Shown in pieces: positions 20,496 through 29,503 of a DNA stretch of 64,000 nt (its first letter is position 1; the number at the start of each line of letters is the position of its first letter). A program made the translations under genes and the position numbers. Source of the DNA: a virus; IMG/VR virus record IMGVR_UViG_3300044846_004119, positions 64,001 through 128,000 of that record. The stretch is one strand, 5' to 3'. The notes below the pieces were generated by a model. That model did not search any database. It saw only the letters and a program-made list of their open reading frames with translations, and had not been told where the DNA came from.

Positions 20496-23400
20496 TGGCC
20501 GTTACAAAATATACTTGCCCACCTCAGTCCGCTTCAGGAGCTGGTACCTTTTCCGATAATTTAGTTGGATTCCAATTAGTTACTGGTGGAGGTTTAACGC
20601 AAGGAAATTTTGAATTTGTTAGTTCTATTAATGAAAAAACAAATAGAACCTTTAATACGGGTAATTTCTCAGACCCTATCAGTTTAGATAGTATGGGTGT
20701 TAGTGGTGTGGTACAATCTAAATCTATTTTTGAAAATAACTTTAAGGTTTATCCTAATTTTGACATGAGTCAAATTACCAACTTCACATTATATGGGTCG
20801 ATGGTTAAACGTATTTCAGTTTCGGTTGAAACCATTATTAGTAAGTTCCCTGCGGCATTAGAGTCGACATTCATGGGGACTAACTATGTGACAGGTGCAA
20901 CCGCAACTAACATTTTATTTAATTCGGTTTACGATGAGACCGTTTTTGATTTGGACGTTTCAAAATTAAGAAATCCATTTGATATTGACTTTTCGGTTAA
21001 CTCAACAAGAAATTTAGAATTAAAAGAAATTAGTGTATCTCCATTAAGAGATATGACAATCCAATATGCTAAGTATTCCTTATACGTCAATGGGGTTGGA
21101 TATGATGTTAAATCTTTAACACCAACAACCAATACTTCTAGTGGAATATTACAAATATCCGTTAGTGGAAACCCTTTTTCAGGGCAAAGTATTGTATATT
21201 ATAGTTTTGTTATTCGGCCTAACGACTATGAGGTTACTAAAATATTTAATGAAGATTTAGATGAAGTTGAAAATTTCTTATTAAATAGAAGTGTAACACC
21301 AATTTATACCGCAACATTCCAAGTACCAAGAGAATCTGAAGATGGTACATATTACACCTCAAATCAACCAATTACATGGCCATTGTATGGTGAGTGGAAT
21401 ATTGATATTATAACCAAATCATTTGAAAATTATTTAATACAATTAAATGAAGTTAGTGAGTATTTTGACATTTATACAACAAATTTAGTCTCAAGATTTT
21501 TAATTACAGGTTCATTTAAAGAATTTGACACCGTAACTCAAAAAATGGAAAAAGTTCTACAGATTTATGGTAGAAGTTTTGATGAAACTAAAAAATTCAT
21601 AGACGCTTTAGCATTTATGACTTCGGTTAATTATAATGTTGGTAATGATATACCGTCACAATTATTAAAAAATTTAGCACAAACATTAGGTTGGGGAATT
21701 AACATTTCACCAATAACCGAGGATGATTTTTTAGGTTCTGTGTTTGGTCAAAAAAATAAAGACAATTCACAATTTACAGGAACGTCACAAAAACAAACTC
21801 CCGATGAATTAAATTATCAGTATTACAGAAATTTAGTATTAAATTCCGCTTACTTATTTAAATCTAAAGGAACAAGAAAATCAATTGAAGTTTTAATGAG
21901 ATTGGTTGGTGCTCCTGAAGCCTTAGTTGAATTTAATGAATATGTTTATGTTGCTGACCAAAAAATTAATTTAGAACAGTTTGATACACAATTCTATAAT
22001 ATTTCTGGAGGGACATACATTCAAGAATTACCGACTTACGAACAAGGTAATACATTTAACATTATGGGAGTTACCTATACAGGTTTTACTACTCAAACAA
22101 CAATTCAGGATGTTAATATTAACCGAGGGGAATACCCTATGGATTTTTATGGATATCCACAAGCACCTATCGACACTGAAAATTACTTTTTTCAGATAGG
22201 TAGCGGTTGGTTTGAACAAACACCAAAACACAGAGCTCCTGAACAAGTTGATTTAAATAATAGTGTATTCACAGGTTCTAACCCTAATTATCAAACAACT
22301 TTAATACCTTATTCATACGGTCAAGAATATCTTAATAGATTTAGGGACTTCCCATTTATGACATTAGGTTATAATTTGAGCGCAGTTCCTGATAATAATA
22401 AAAGTTGGACTGATAATGAAGTTGGAATAAGAAGTAATTTAGATGGAGGGATTAATGCTCGTTATTTTGTCGATGATGAAAGATTAGTATTAAATGTTAA
22501 AAATGTTGATTTATTTTTAAATCCTGCTCAAGGTATCGTATATGACGTATGGTACATGTCTAGACAATATAATTACCCAATCCCAAATCAAGGTTTAAAT
22601 TATGTGGCACCAACTTATTGTAACCCACACCCAAATATCGAGTATCCACAAAGAGGTGGTGTGGATTGGACTGAAATCAACCCACAACCAAAAAGAAAAA
22701 CATTCTTTGAGTTTGCTCAAACATTTTGGCAAAATACTATTAATGTTAGAAACAGACAATATGCTACAGATGGTAAAACAAGTGGTTATCCAACTTTATC
22801 TTCTATTTTTTGGAAGTATTTAGAGTCTCAAAAGACAATAAATATACCTAACGATAATTTCACATATCAAACAATGATTGACTACGTGAATGGTATGGGG
22901 GATTATTGGATTAGACTTGTTGAACAAATGATTCCTGCAACAACTATTTGGAACACTGGTGTTAAGTATGAAAATTCAATATTTCATAGGCAAAAATTTG
23001 TTTGGAGAAGACAAGAGTGTTGTAAATTTATACCAGTACCATGTAAACCATGTTCATTAACCTCAAACATATATCGATATGATTGTAATATACAATCAGT
23101 TGAATGTGGTGTGTATCCTTGGTATGGAAGTTCTACTATTAATAGTTTTAATGCGGTTTTAGGTCAAGCGCTTAATAACTATCTTACTGCTAATGGTTAT
23201 ACCTTAAATGACTGTTTATTAAATACTTTAACAACTAATTGGTTTGTAGAAATAAAAATTAATGACTCAACTGTTATTCAATACCCATTTTTTGATGGAA
23301 TTGGTTATACCAATATAAGTTTAAGCTCGCCACAACCAAATGATTGGGATTCCGCATTATTAATAGCATTAAATGATTTAACAATTTACGGATATGACTA

Positions 23401-23515
23401 TTATTTAACAACTACCGATACTATAGTTATTTATAATTCAATTTGCTCCACTTCAGCCTTTGGTGATAACTTCAAACTAAATGTCGGAATAAACTTTAAT
23501 ATTTTATGTAATTAA
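20495..23515 (+). CDS. Baseplate/tail protein with a P2 gpI / gp7-like wedge segment
   Basis: LLKNLAQTLGW and YLFKSKGTRKSIEVLMRLVG resemble baseplate wedge motifs. Confidence 0.6.
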   Translation: MAVTKYTCPPQSASGAGTFSDNLVGFQLVTGGGLTQGNFEFVSSINEKTNRTFNTGNFSDPISLDSMGVSGVVQSKSIFENNFKVYPNFDMSQITNFTLYGSMVKRISVSVETIISKFPAALESTFMGTNYVTGATATNILFNSVYDETVFDLDVSKLRNPFDIDFSVNSTRNLELKEISVSPLRDMTIQYAKYSLYVNGVGYDVKSLTPTTNTSSGILQISVSGNPFSGQSIVYYSFVIRPNDYEVTKIFNEDLDEVENFLLNRSVTPIYTATFQVPRESEDGTYYTSNQPITWPLYGEWNIDIITKSFENYLIQLNEVSEYFDIYTTNLVSRFLITGSFKEFDTVTQKMEKVLQIYGRSFDETKKFIDALAFMTSVNYNVGNDIPSQLLKNLAQTLGWGINISPITEDDFLGSVFGQKNKDNSQFTGTSQKQTPDELNYQYYRNLVLNSAYLFKSKGTRKSIEVLMRLVGAPEALVEFNEYVYVADQKINLEQFDTQFYNISGGTYIQELPTYEQGNTFNIMGVTYTGFTTQTTIQDVNINRGEYPMDFYGYPQAPIDTENYFFQIGSGWFEQTPKHRAPEQVDLNNSVFTGSNPNYQTTLIPYSYGQEYLNRFRDFPFMTLGYNLSAVPDNNKSWTDNEVGIRSNLDGGINARYFVDDERLVLNVKNVDLFLNPAQGIVYDVWYMSRQYNYPIPNQGLNYVAPTYCNPHPNIEYPQRGGVDWTEINPQPKRKTFFEFAQTFWQNTINVRNRQYATDGKTSGYPTLSSIFWKYLESQKTINIPNDNFTYQTMIDYVNGMGDYWIRLVEQMIPATTIWNTGVKYENSIFHRQKFVWRRQECCKFIPVPCKPCSLTSNIYRYDCNIQSVECGVYPWYGSSTINSFNAVLGQALNNYLTANGYTLNDCLLNTLTTNWFVEIKINDSTVIQYPFFDGIGYTNISLSSPQPNDWDSALLIALNDLTIYGYDYYLTTTDTIVIYNSICSTSAFGDNFKLNVGINFNILCN

Positions 23516-26500
23516 TGTCTTGTACTTTATTATATACCTCAACTATAACTGGTGATTGTTCAAATACTAATGTTGGAGGATTCACTATAGATATTAATGG
23601 TAGTGCTCCTGATTATTCAATTCAGTGGATTAACCCATCTTCTTTAGGAACTATAGCGTTAGGTGCTGGTGTTATACAATATGAGGTTACATCATTATCT
23701 GCGGGGACTTACACATTTAATATTATTGATTCATGTATACCAACATTAACGATTGTCCCCGTAAATGTATATATATCAAGTGGAACGTGTGTAAGTATTG
23801 ATTCTCATACTAATGCTACTTGTGGCCAAAATAACGGTAGTCTTACCGCATCAACCCAAAATCTTTATGGTATAAGTCAATTCTACCTTTACGATACAAT
23901 TAATGGTTATATTACTTCGGCGTCATCAGTGACAAATACTTTTGCATTTGATAATATGTTAAGTCCTGGAATTTATTATGTTATAGGTGATGATGGTGGT
24001 GGATGTTCCGGTAAGTCAGAAACATGTATTGTTCAAAGTGCGGAAACATTTGACTACGGATTTTATGTTGTTAATGATGCGGGGTGTGCGGTAAATTCGG
24101 GTAAAATATTTATTACAGGATTAACAGGCACGCCACCATACACTTATTTATGGTCAAACGGAGGAACAAACTCATCAATTAGCGGTTTAAGTGCCTCGAC
24201 TTACGGTGTTATTGTTACTGATGGTAATGGATGTACTATTTCTAAATCGGTAACGGTATTACAAGTGCCATTAGTTGGTTTAGGAGCGTTTACCTCAATT
24301 AGTCCAACTTGTTTTGCGTCTAACGGAGAAATTACGGTTACGGTAACAGGTGGAACCGCGCCATATTATTTTTCAGGTTCAAATGGGACTGTTTATATTA
24401 CATTTGACCAAACTTACACTTTTACAAATTTAGCTTCAGGTGTTTTTACAGTACAAGTGACGGATGCTGGTTTATGTAATTTTGTTGCAAGTACAACATT
24501 ATTACCTCCAGGAGGATTTAGTATTGTTGGTATTGGTGTTAATAATTCAAACTGTAACAATAACGGGGGGTCTTTAAACCCAATTCAATTATTTGGTGGT
24601 AGTGGTAATTACACCTATGACTTACAATATCCTGATGGACATCATGATATTGTAAGTACAACAAATCAAAATTGGCAATTTACGGGACTTTCAGGAGGTA
24701 CTTATAATTTAACAATTAATGATGGTGTCTGTACCTTTACCAGTGCTTATACTATCAATAATACTGTTCAATTTAATTTAACAACAACAAGTACAGGAAC
24801 AACTTGTGGTTTTACTAATGGAGCTATTAATTTAGAAATTTCAGGTAGTACAGGGCCTTATACTTACTCAATAAATGGGTTAAGTTTGGTTTCGCCTTTA
24901 AGTGCTTATACATTTAGTAATCTGGCCTCAGGAACATATACGGCTAGTGTTACAGACTTTAGTGGGTGTCAACAAACTAATTCTGTATTAGTTGCCCCAT
25001 CCGCAAATCCTAATTTTATATTAAATGCGACAAATACAGTAAATGGTTCTGATGGTACTATCACCGCATACATAACTAATGGTTTACCACCATTTACTTT
25101 AAATTGGAGTAGTAACGTAAATGGACAAACAGGGGATACGATTAATAGTTTATCAGCTGGCACGTATTCACTTACAGTTATAGATTTTAATGGGTGTTCT
25201 ACAATATCAAGTGTTATTATTACGGGTACAAATAGTGTGGCATCCTATCAGACATATACAATATGTGATACTGATTTTATCAATTCACCAAATGCAATTA
25301 AAACGGGGCCTAAACAAATGTTAAATGAAGGTTTTTATGATTTAACATTTAATGATATAAATTGTGTGTTAAATGAAGCAATTTTTGAGGCGATTGTGAG
25401 TGTTAGTGGTGATGTTTTAACTCAACAATTTTATGCTGGTACAACATTAAACGAATATCCTGCAGATAATCAATTTTATGACACAATTACGGGGTTATTA
25501 TTACAATTTGATGGTATTGCAAGTGTGGATATTAATCCTCTAAGAAACACTATTCAAATTTTAACTGATTGTGACTCGTTAGTTTCTTTATCGGATGCTC
25601 AAGTTATTATTAACATGAAAATATATTATGATATCTCGTGCGTTAGTTGTCCTAGTCCAACACCAACACCGACACAAACACCAACGCCAACTAACACTCC
25701 TACACCAACAGTCACACTTGGGTTAAGTCCAACACCAACAAATACCTCAACTCCAGCAAATACGCCAACACCTACACCAACAAAAACACCAACTCCAACA
25801 CCTTTACCGATAATACCAATATGTTCTGTGATAATTAATGGTAGTACTAACGTATCCGCCTATTTTCCATCATCAAATACTAACGTATCTTTAGGTTTTT
25901 CAGTAAGTGCACTTGATATTGCACATACAACAACTAAACTATGGTTGGATACTGGATTGATAATTAAAGAATATAACATAACATTAAACCCTTGGTCAAA
26001 AACGTTCAACAGAAACATCGCATACCCTTCAGGTGTTTCTTTAGGGGCTGGTTTAGGTGCCATTAGCAGCTCTCAGTTAATCTCAACAAACACTTCAGTA
26101 TCTCCTAATCAAATAATTACTTTAGATATTACCACAAGTACCGCAGTTTCAACTGTGATTGGAACACTACTGCCTGGTAGGGAGGTTTCGGGTGATATTT
26201 TATTAACAACAACAAATAAAATATTAGTTACTAATTCAACTACCTCAGGTCCATATCTTACATATCTAACCCAATATAGTTATCCGTCAGGTACTTTTGA
26301 AGTTGAGGTCGATATTACGTCAACCACACCCCAACCGTATGGTATATTTATCGATAGTGGTAATATATATGTTTGTAACAATGGTGGTCAAATATATAAG
26401 GTTAATGTTAACTTTCCATATACACAAACATTATTTAATAACTCAGGGTTATATGTTGAAGGAGCATCTCAAGTACCAAGTTGTTGTAATACTAACCTAA

Positions 26501-26802
26501 ACTTACCTATAACATACTATACTTGGTTTACTAATCTTGATACCTACACATCATCTGATATTACTCCCTGTATAGCCACTGGTTGTGGGGCAAATTTATA
26601 CACAGCAACATCGACAATAGCTCCTGGAATTGTAATATATCAGGATAATGCTTTAACAATACCATTTGTTGGTACTAATTATGGTGTTTCAGGTGGTGGA
26701 TGGGGTAGATTGTTTTTATCAGATGATTGCCCAATAATTGGATTGAGAAATATTGCACAAGTAAATGGTTCAGGACAAGTTCTAAGTAATTATACATGTT
26801 AA
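23515..26802 (+). CDS. Virion surface / tail-fibre-like protein with SprB-like repeats and a Pro-Thr linker
   Basis: Repeated [12 protein letters not shown]...VTDGNGC, GGTAPY and [10 protein letters not shown] units; [15 protein letters not shown] tract at ~25650-25805. Confidence 0.7.
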   Translation: MSCTLLYTSTITGDCSNTNVGGFTIDINGSAPDYSIQWINPSSLGTIALGAGVIQYEVTSLSAGTYTFNIIDSCIPTLTIVPVNVYISSGTCVSIDSHTNATCGQNNGSLTASTQNLYGISQFYLYDTINGYITSASSVTNTFAFDNMLSPGIYYVIGDDGGGCSGKSETCIVQSAETFDYGFYVVNDAGCAVNSGKIFITGLTGTPPYTYLWSNGGTNSSISGLSASTYGVIVTDGNGCTISKSVTVLQVPLVGLGAFTSISPTCFASNGEITVTVTGGTAPYYFSGSNGTVYITFDQTYTFTNLASGVFTVQVTDAGLCNFVASTTLLPPGGFSIVGIGVNNSNCNNNGGSLNPIQLFGGSGNYTYDLQYPDGHHDIVSTTNQNWQFTGLSGGTYNLTINDGVCTFTSAYTINNTVQFNLTTTSTGTTCGFTNGAINLEISGSTGPYTYSINGLSLVSPLSAYTFSNLASGTYTASVTDFSGCQQTNSVLVAPSANPNFILNATNTVNGSDGTITAYITNGLPPFTLNWSSNVNGQTGDTINSLSAGTYSLTVIDFNGCSTISSVIITGTNSVASYQTYTICDTDFINSPNAIKTGPKQMLNEGFYDLTFNDINCVLNEAIFEAIVSVSGDVLTQQFYAGTTLNEYPADNQFYDTITGLLLQFDGIASVDINPLRNTIQILTDCDSLVSLSDAQVIINMKIYYDISCVSCPSPTPTPTQTPTPTNTPTPTVTLGLSPTPTNTSTPANTPTPTPTKTPTPTPLPIIPICSVIINGSTNVSAYFPSSNTNVSLGFSVSALDIAHTTTKLWLDTGLIIKEYNITLNPWSKTFNRNIAYPSGVSLGAGLGAISSSQLISTNTSVSPNQIITLDITTSTAVSTVIGTLLPGREVSGDILLTTTNKILVTNSTTSGPYLTYLTQYSYPSGTFEVEVDITSTTPQPYGIFIDSGNIYVCNNGGQIYKVNVNFPYTQTLFNNSGLYVEGASQVPSCCNTNLNLPITYYTWFTNLDTYTSSDITPCIATGCGANLYTATSTIAPGIVIYQDNALTIPFVGTNYGVSGGGWGRLFLSDDCPIIGLRNIAQVNGSGQVLSNYTC

Positions 26803-26833
26803 TATATGACAAACTCAATTAGTTTACTGGTAA

Positions 26834-27010
26834 TTAATCAATTGGGTCTTTTTTACCTAAACCACCATAAAGTCTCATAAGTTTTAGGGATTCATGATAG
26901 TTTTTTTCTAATCTGTCTAGTTCTTTTTCAGGGACACCTTTTTCACAGGCAACCTCATACGCATCTTTAGATTCAGAAACCAATTTTGATATTGTTTTTA
27001 GTAGTTTCAT
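26834..27010 (-). CDS. Small 58-aa protein missing from the ORF track, possibly head-packaged
   Basis: Manual translation MKLLKTISKLVSESKDAYEVACEKGVPEKELDRLEKNYHESLKLMRLYGGLGKKDPID. Fills the intergenic gap; TATTTATA motif 4 nt upstream on the minus strand. Confidence 0.7.
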   Translation of the reverse strand: MKLLKTISKLVSESKDAYEVACEKGVPEKELDRLEKNYHESLKLMRLYGGLGKKDPID

Positions 27011-27014
27011 ATAG

Positions 27015-27022
27015 TATAAATA
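27015..27022 (-). promoter_or_regulatory. Putative late-promoter motif TATTTATA (minus strand)
   Basis: Plus strand reads TATAAATA, immediately upstream of the minus-strand ORF starting at 27010. Confidence 0.5.
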
Positions 27023-27061
27023 TCTACCAAAACACCATTTATTAAGATGGATGATTAATTA

Positions 27062-27069
27062 TATTTATT
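27062..27069 (+). promoter_or_regulatory. Putative late-promoter motif TATTTATT
   Basis: 12 nt upstream of the glycosyltransferase-like gene ATG. Confidence 0.5.
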
Positions 27070-27081
27070 TTAAAACATAAA

Positions 27082-28059
27082 ATGGATAAAAATTTAAGAT
27101 TTGTATGTGCCCAACCTGATGTACCATATTTTTATTGGCAAGTTAGGGTGTACGTTGAAAATTTTATAGAAAAAGGTATTTTACCAAACCAAATACATGT
27201 TATTTTTGGTATAGTAACACCAAATACCGAACCAACTTCAGATTCGTTAAAATTAAAAGAATTGGGAATTAATATCCATCATTATTTAGACGACAGAGAA
27301 CAAAAACATTATATTCCAAACATTAAGCCATTTTTAATTCATAAATGGTTAAAGGAATTCCCTCAACACGGAGAATGTTTTTTCTTACATGATGCTGATA
27401 TAATTTTTAGAGAATTACCTGATTTTAAAACATTAATGGAGGATGATGTTTTATATCTTTCAGATACTGTTGGTTATATTGGGTTTAATTACATTATGGA
27501 TTGTTGTAAAAGATATGAATCTCATCACCCACAATCTAAACAAGGGCAATTACTACAAGAAATGGTTGATGTTATTGGTGTTACGACCGAATGTGTTGAA
27601 TGTAATGAAAATAATTCAGGCGGTGGTCAATATTTGATTAAAAAAACAGATTGGATGATTTGGGAAAAAATCTATATGGATTGTGCGCCACTATATGACC
27701 AAATGATGGATTACCAAAAACGTTTCCCAATAAACCAAGGTGAAATACAATTTTGGACTGCAGAAATGTGGTCTTTATTATGGAACTTATGGTATTTTGG
27801 AAAAGAAACTAAAGTAGTTAAAGATTTAGATTTTTCATGGGCAACCGACTCAATTTCTATTTACGAACAAAGACCAATACTTCATATGGCAGGAGTAACT
27901 TCAGATATGAAAACAACTAAATTTTATAAAGGTGATTTTATTAATGTTAATCCATTAATTAAGTTAACGGAAAATTTTGAATATTTTGATTATGTTGAAG
28001 AACATAGTTCTACAAAAAAATATATAGATGTTATGAAATCTATAGTAAAAAAACAATAA
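27082..28059 (+). CDS. Putative GT-A glycosyltransferase resembling peptidyl-serine alpha-galactosyltransferase / Hyp O-arabinosyltransferase (GT96/GT95)
   Basis: Ordered motifs YFYWQ, YIPNIKP..IHKWL, LHDADIIFR (DxD), GGG, WTAEMW, PILH parallel plant SERGT1 motifs as recalled (YFDWQ, YPAINKP...WL, LDADMIIR, WISEMY). Confidence 0.65.
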   Translation: MDKNLRFVCAQPDVPYFYWQVRVYVENFIEKGILPNQIHVIFGIVTPNTEPTSDSLKLKELGINIHHYLDDREQKHYIPNIKPFLIHKWLKEFPQHGECFFLHDADIIFRELPDFKTLMEDDVLYLSDTVGYIGFNYIMDCCKRYESHHPQSKQGQLLQEMVDVIGVTTECVECNENNSGGGQYLIKKTDWMIWEKIYMDCAPLYDQMMDYQKRFPINQGEIQFWTAEMWSLLWNLWYFGKETKVVKDLDFSWATDSISIYEQRPILHMAGVTSDMKTTKFYKGDFINVNPLIKLTENFEYFDYVEEHSSTKKYIDVMKSIVKKQ

Positions 28060-28065
28060 TCTGAT

Positions 28066-28073
28066 TATTTATA
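28066..28073 (+). promoter_or_regulatory. Putative late-promoter motif TATTTATA within a palindrome
   Basis: TTATTTATA-G-TATAAATAA (28065-28083), just upstream of the ATG at 28086. Confidence 0.5.
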
Positions 28074-28085
28074 GTATAAATAACA

Positions 28086-29474
28086 ATGACTAACACGACA
28101 TCTTTACTTCAACAAAAAAACGAATGTGATGTAATTACAATATTTCCAATGACCGTTGAGTGTTTAGTTAACAATCCGTCATCACAAAATGCGACTGATG
28201 GAGGTTTATCTATTTCTATAACAGGAGGAACACCACCATACATAGTTGCTTGGAGTAATGGTAATATATCTCCGGCAATTAATAATTTAGGTGCTGGTAG
28301 TTATACGGCAATAGTTACTGACTATTCTTGGTCAGGGAGTGGTCCTGATTATACGGCAACTACAACATGTGTGTTAACCGCACCTATAACACCTACAACT
28401 ACAACCACAACAACGGTTGCTCCTGTATTACTCTATGATATTTGTTTAACAGTGTATAAACAACCAAGTAATTATCAAATACACTTTAACCCTAATGGTA
28501 TATATAATGGTATCTATAGTAGTGGTTATCAATCATGGATATCAGATGACTCAGTATACCAAATTGTTTGGGGTACACTATACCAGTCATGGACTGTAAT
28601 TCCGCCCCCAACAAATCCTGGTTATTATTTACTATCACCCTCACCATATCCACCTTTAACGGGATGGTATATAAATGGTGCGTTAGGAACTGTTGTATCA
28701 AATCAAGGTCTTTGTGTACCGTTACCAAGTAACCCGTCATTTACATATTCACTTACTCAACCAACTTGTATATGTGATGGTAATATAATTATAACGGCTT
28801 CTAATGGAACACCACCATATCAGTACTCAGTTGATAATGGAGTGACATTCACTAGTAATTCAGGGCTCTTCACAGGAAAATGTCCTGGAACTTATAGTTT
28901 ACAAATTAAGGATTCGTTAAATAATTTAAGTACTGTTTCTACGGCTACCTTAAATAATTTTATTGGAATAACAACATATACTCTTAGTTTGTCACCAGTA
29001 TCTATTACAACGGTAAACAATAACACAACTGTAACAAAACAATATACTTGTACCGTAAATGTTTCACCACCAATCCCTGTTGGAACAACAATTACGTTTG
29101 ATGCACAACACATAAATGTGCTTGGTAGAGGGCCTGCCTCAACTGACGCAACTATTGTGACTAATAGTGTTTTAACTAAAAATTCAACAGTAATACCAAT
29201 AACTTCAAGCCCGTCATCAAGTAATACTACCACACAATTAGGTGCCGGTTGTCAATCGGCGCCAATACATAATACAACCCAAACTGATAACTGGATTTCG
29301 GTATCAATGACAAATGGTGATACCATGGTTATTAATACCACAACAACTATGACTAAAATACAACCAGTACCTCATTGTTTCTTTGCGGATTTCGGTGACA
29401 CATTTTTTGCAGTAAATGGGGTTATTAATGGATGTAGTTGTTGTACGTTAATTATGCCAAATAAAGCGGTATAA
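28086..29474 (+). CDS. Virion surface protein with SprB-like repeats and a poly-Thr linker
   Basis: GGTPPYIVAWSNG and NGTPPYQYSVDNG units; TPTTTTTTT tract; Cys-rich C-terminus (CSCC). Confidence 0.65.
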   Translation: MTNTTSLLQQKNECDVITIFPMTVECLVNNPSSQNATDGGLSISITGGTPPYIVAWSNGNISPAINNLGAGSYTAIVTDYSWSGSGPDYTATTTCVLTAPITPTTTTTTTVAPVLLYDICLTVYKQPSNYQIHFNPNGIYNGIYSSGYQSWISDDSVYQIVWGTLYQSWTVIPPPTNPGYYLLSPSPYPPLTGWYINGALGTVVSNQGLCVPLPSNPSFTYSLTQPTCICDGNIIITASNGTPPYQYSVDNGVTFTSNSGLFTGKCPGTYSLQIKDSLNNLSTVSTATLNNFIGITTYTLSLSPVSITTVNNNTTVTKQYTCTVNVSPPIPVGTTITFDAQHINVLGRGPASTDATIVTNSVLTKNSTVIPITSSPSSSNTTTQLGAGCQSAPIHNTTQTDNWISVSMTNGDTMVINTTTTMTKIQPVPHCFFADFGDTFFAVNGVINGCSCCTLIMPNKAV

Positions 29475-29492
29475 TAAAATAAAAATTAAGGA

Positions 29493-29500
29493 TATTTATA
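29493..29500 (+). promoter_or_regulatory. Putative late-promoter motif TATTTATA
   Basis: 3 nt upstream of the ATG at 29504. Confidence 0.5.
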
Positions 29501-29503
29501 AAC

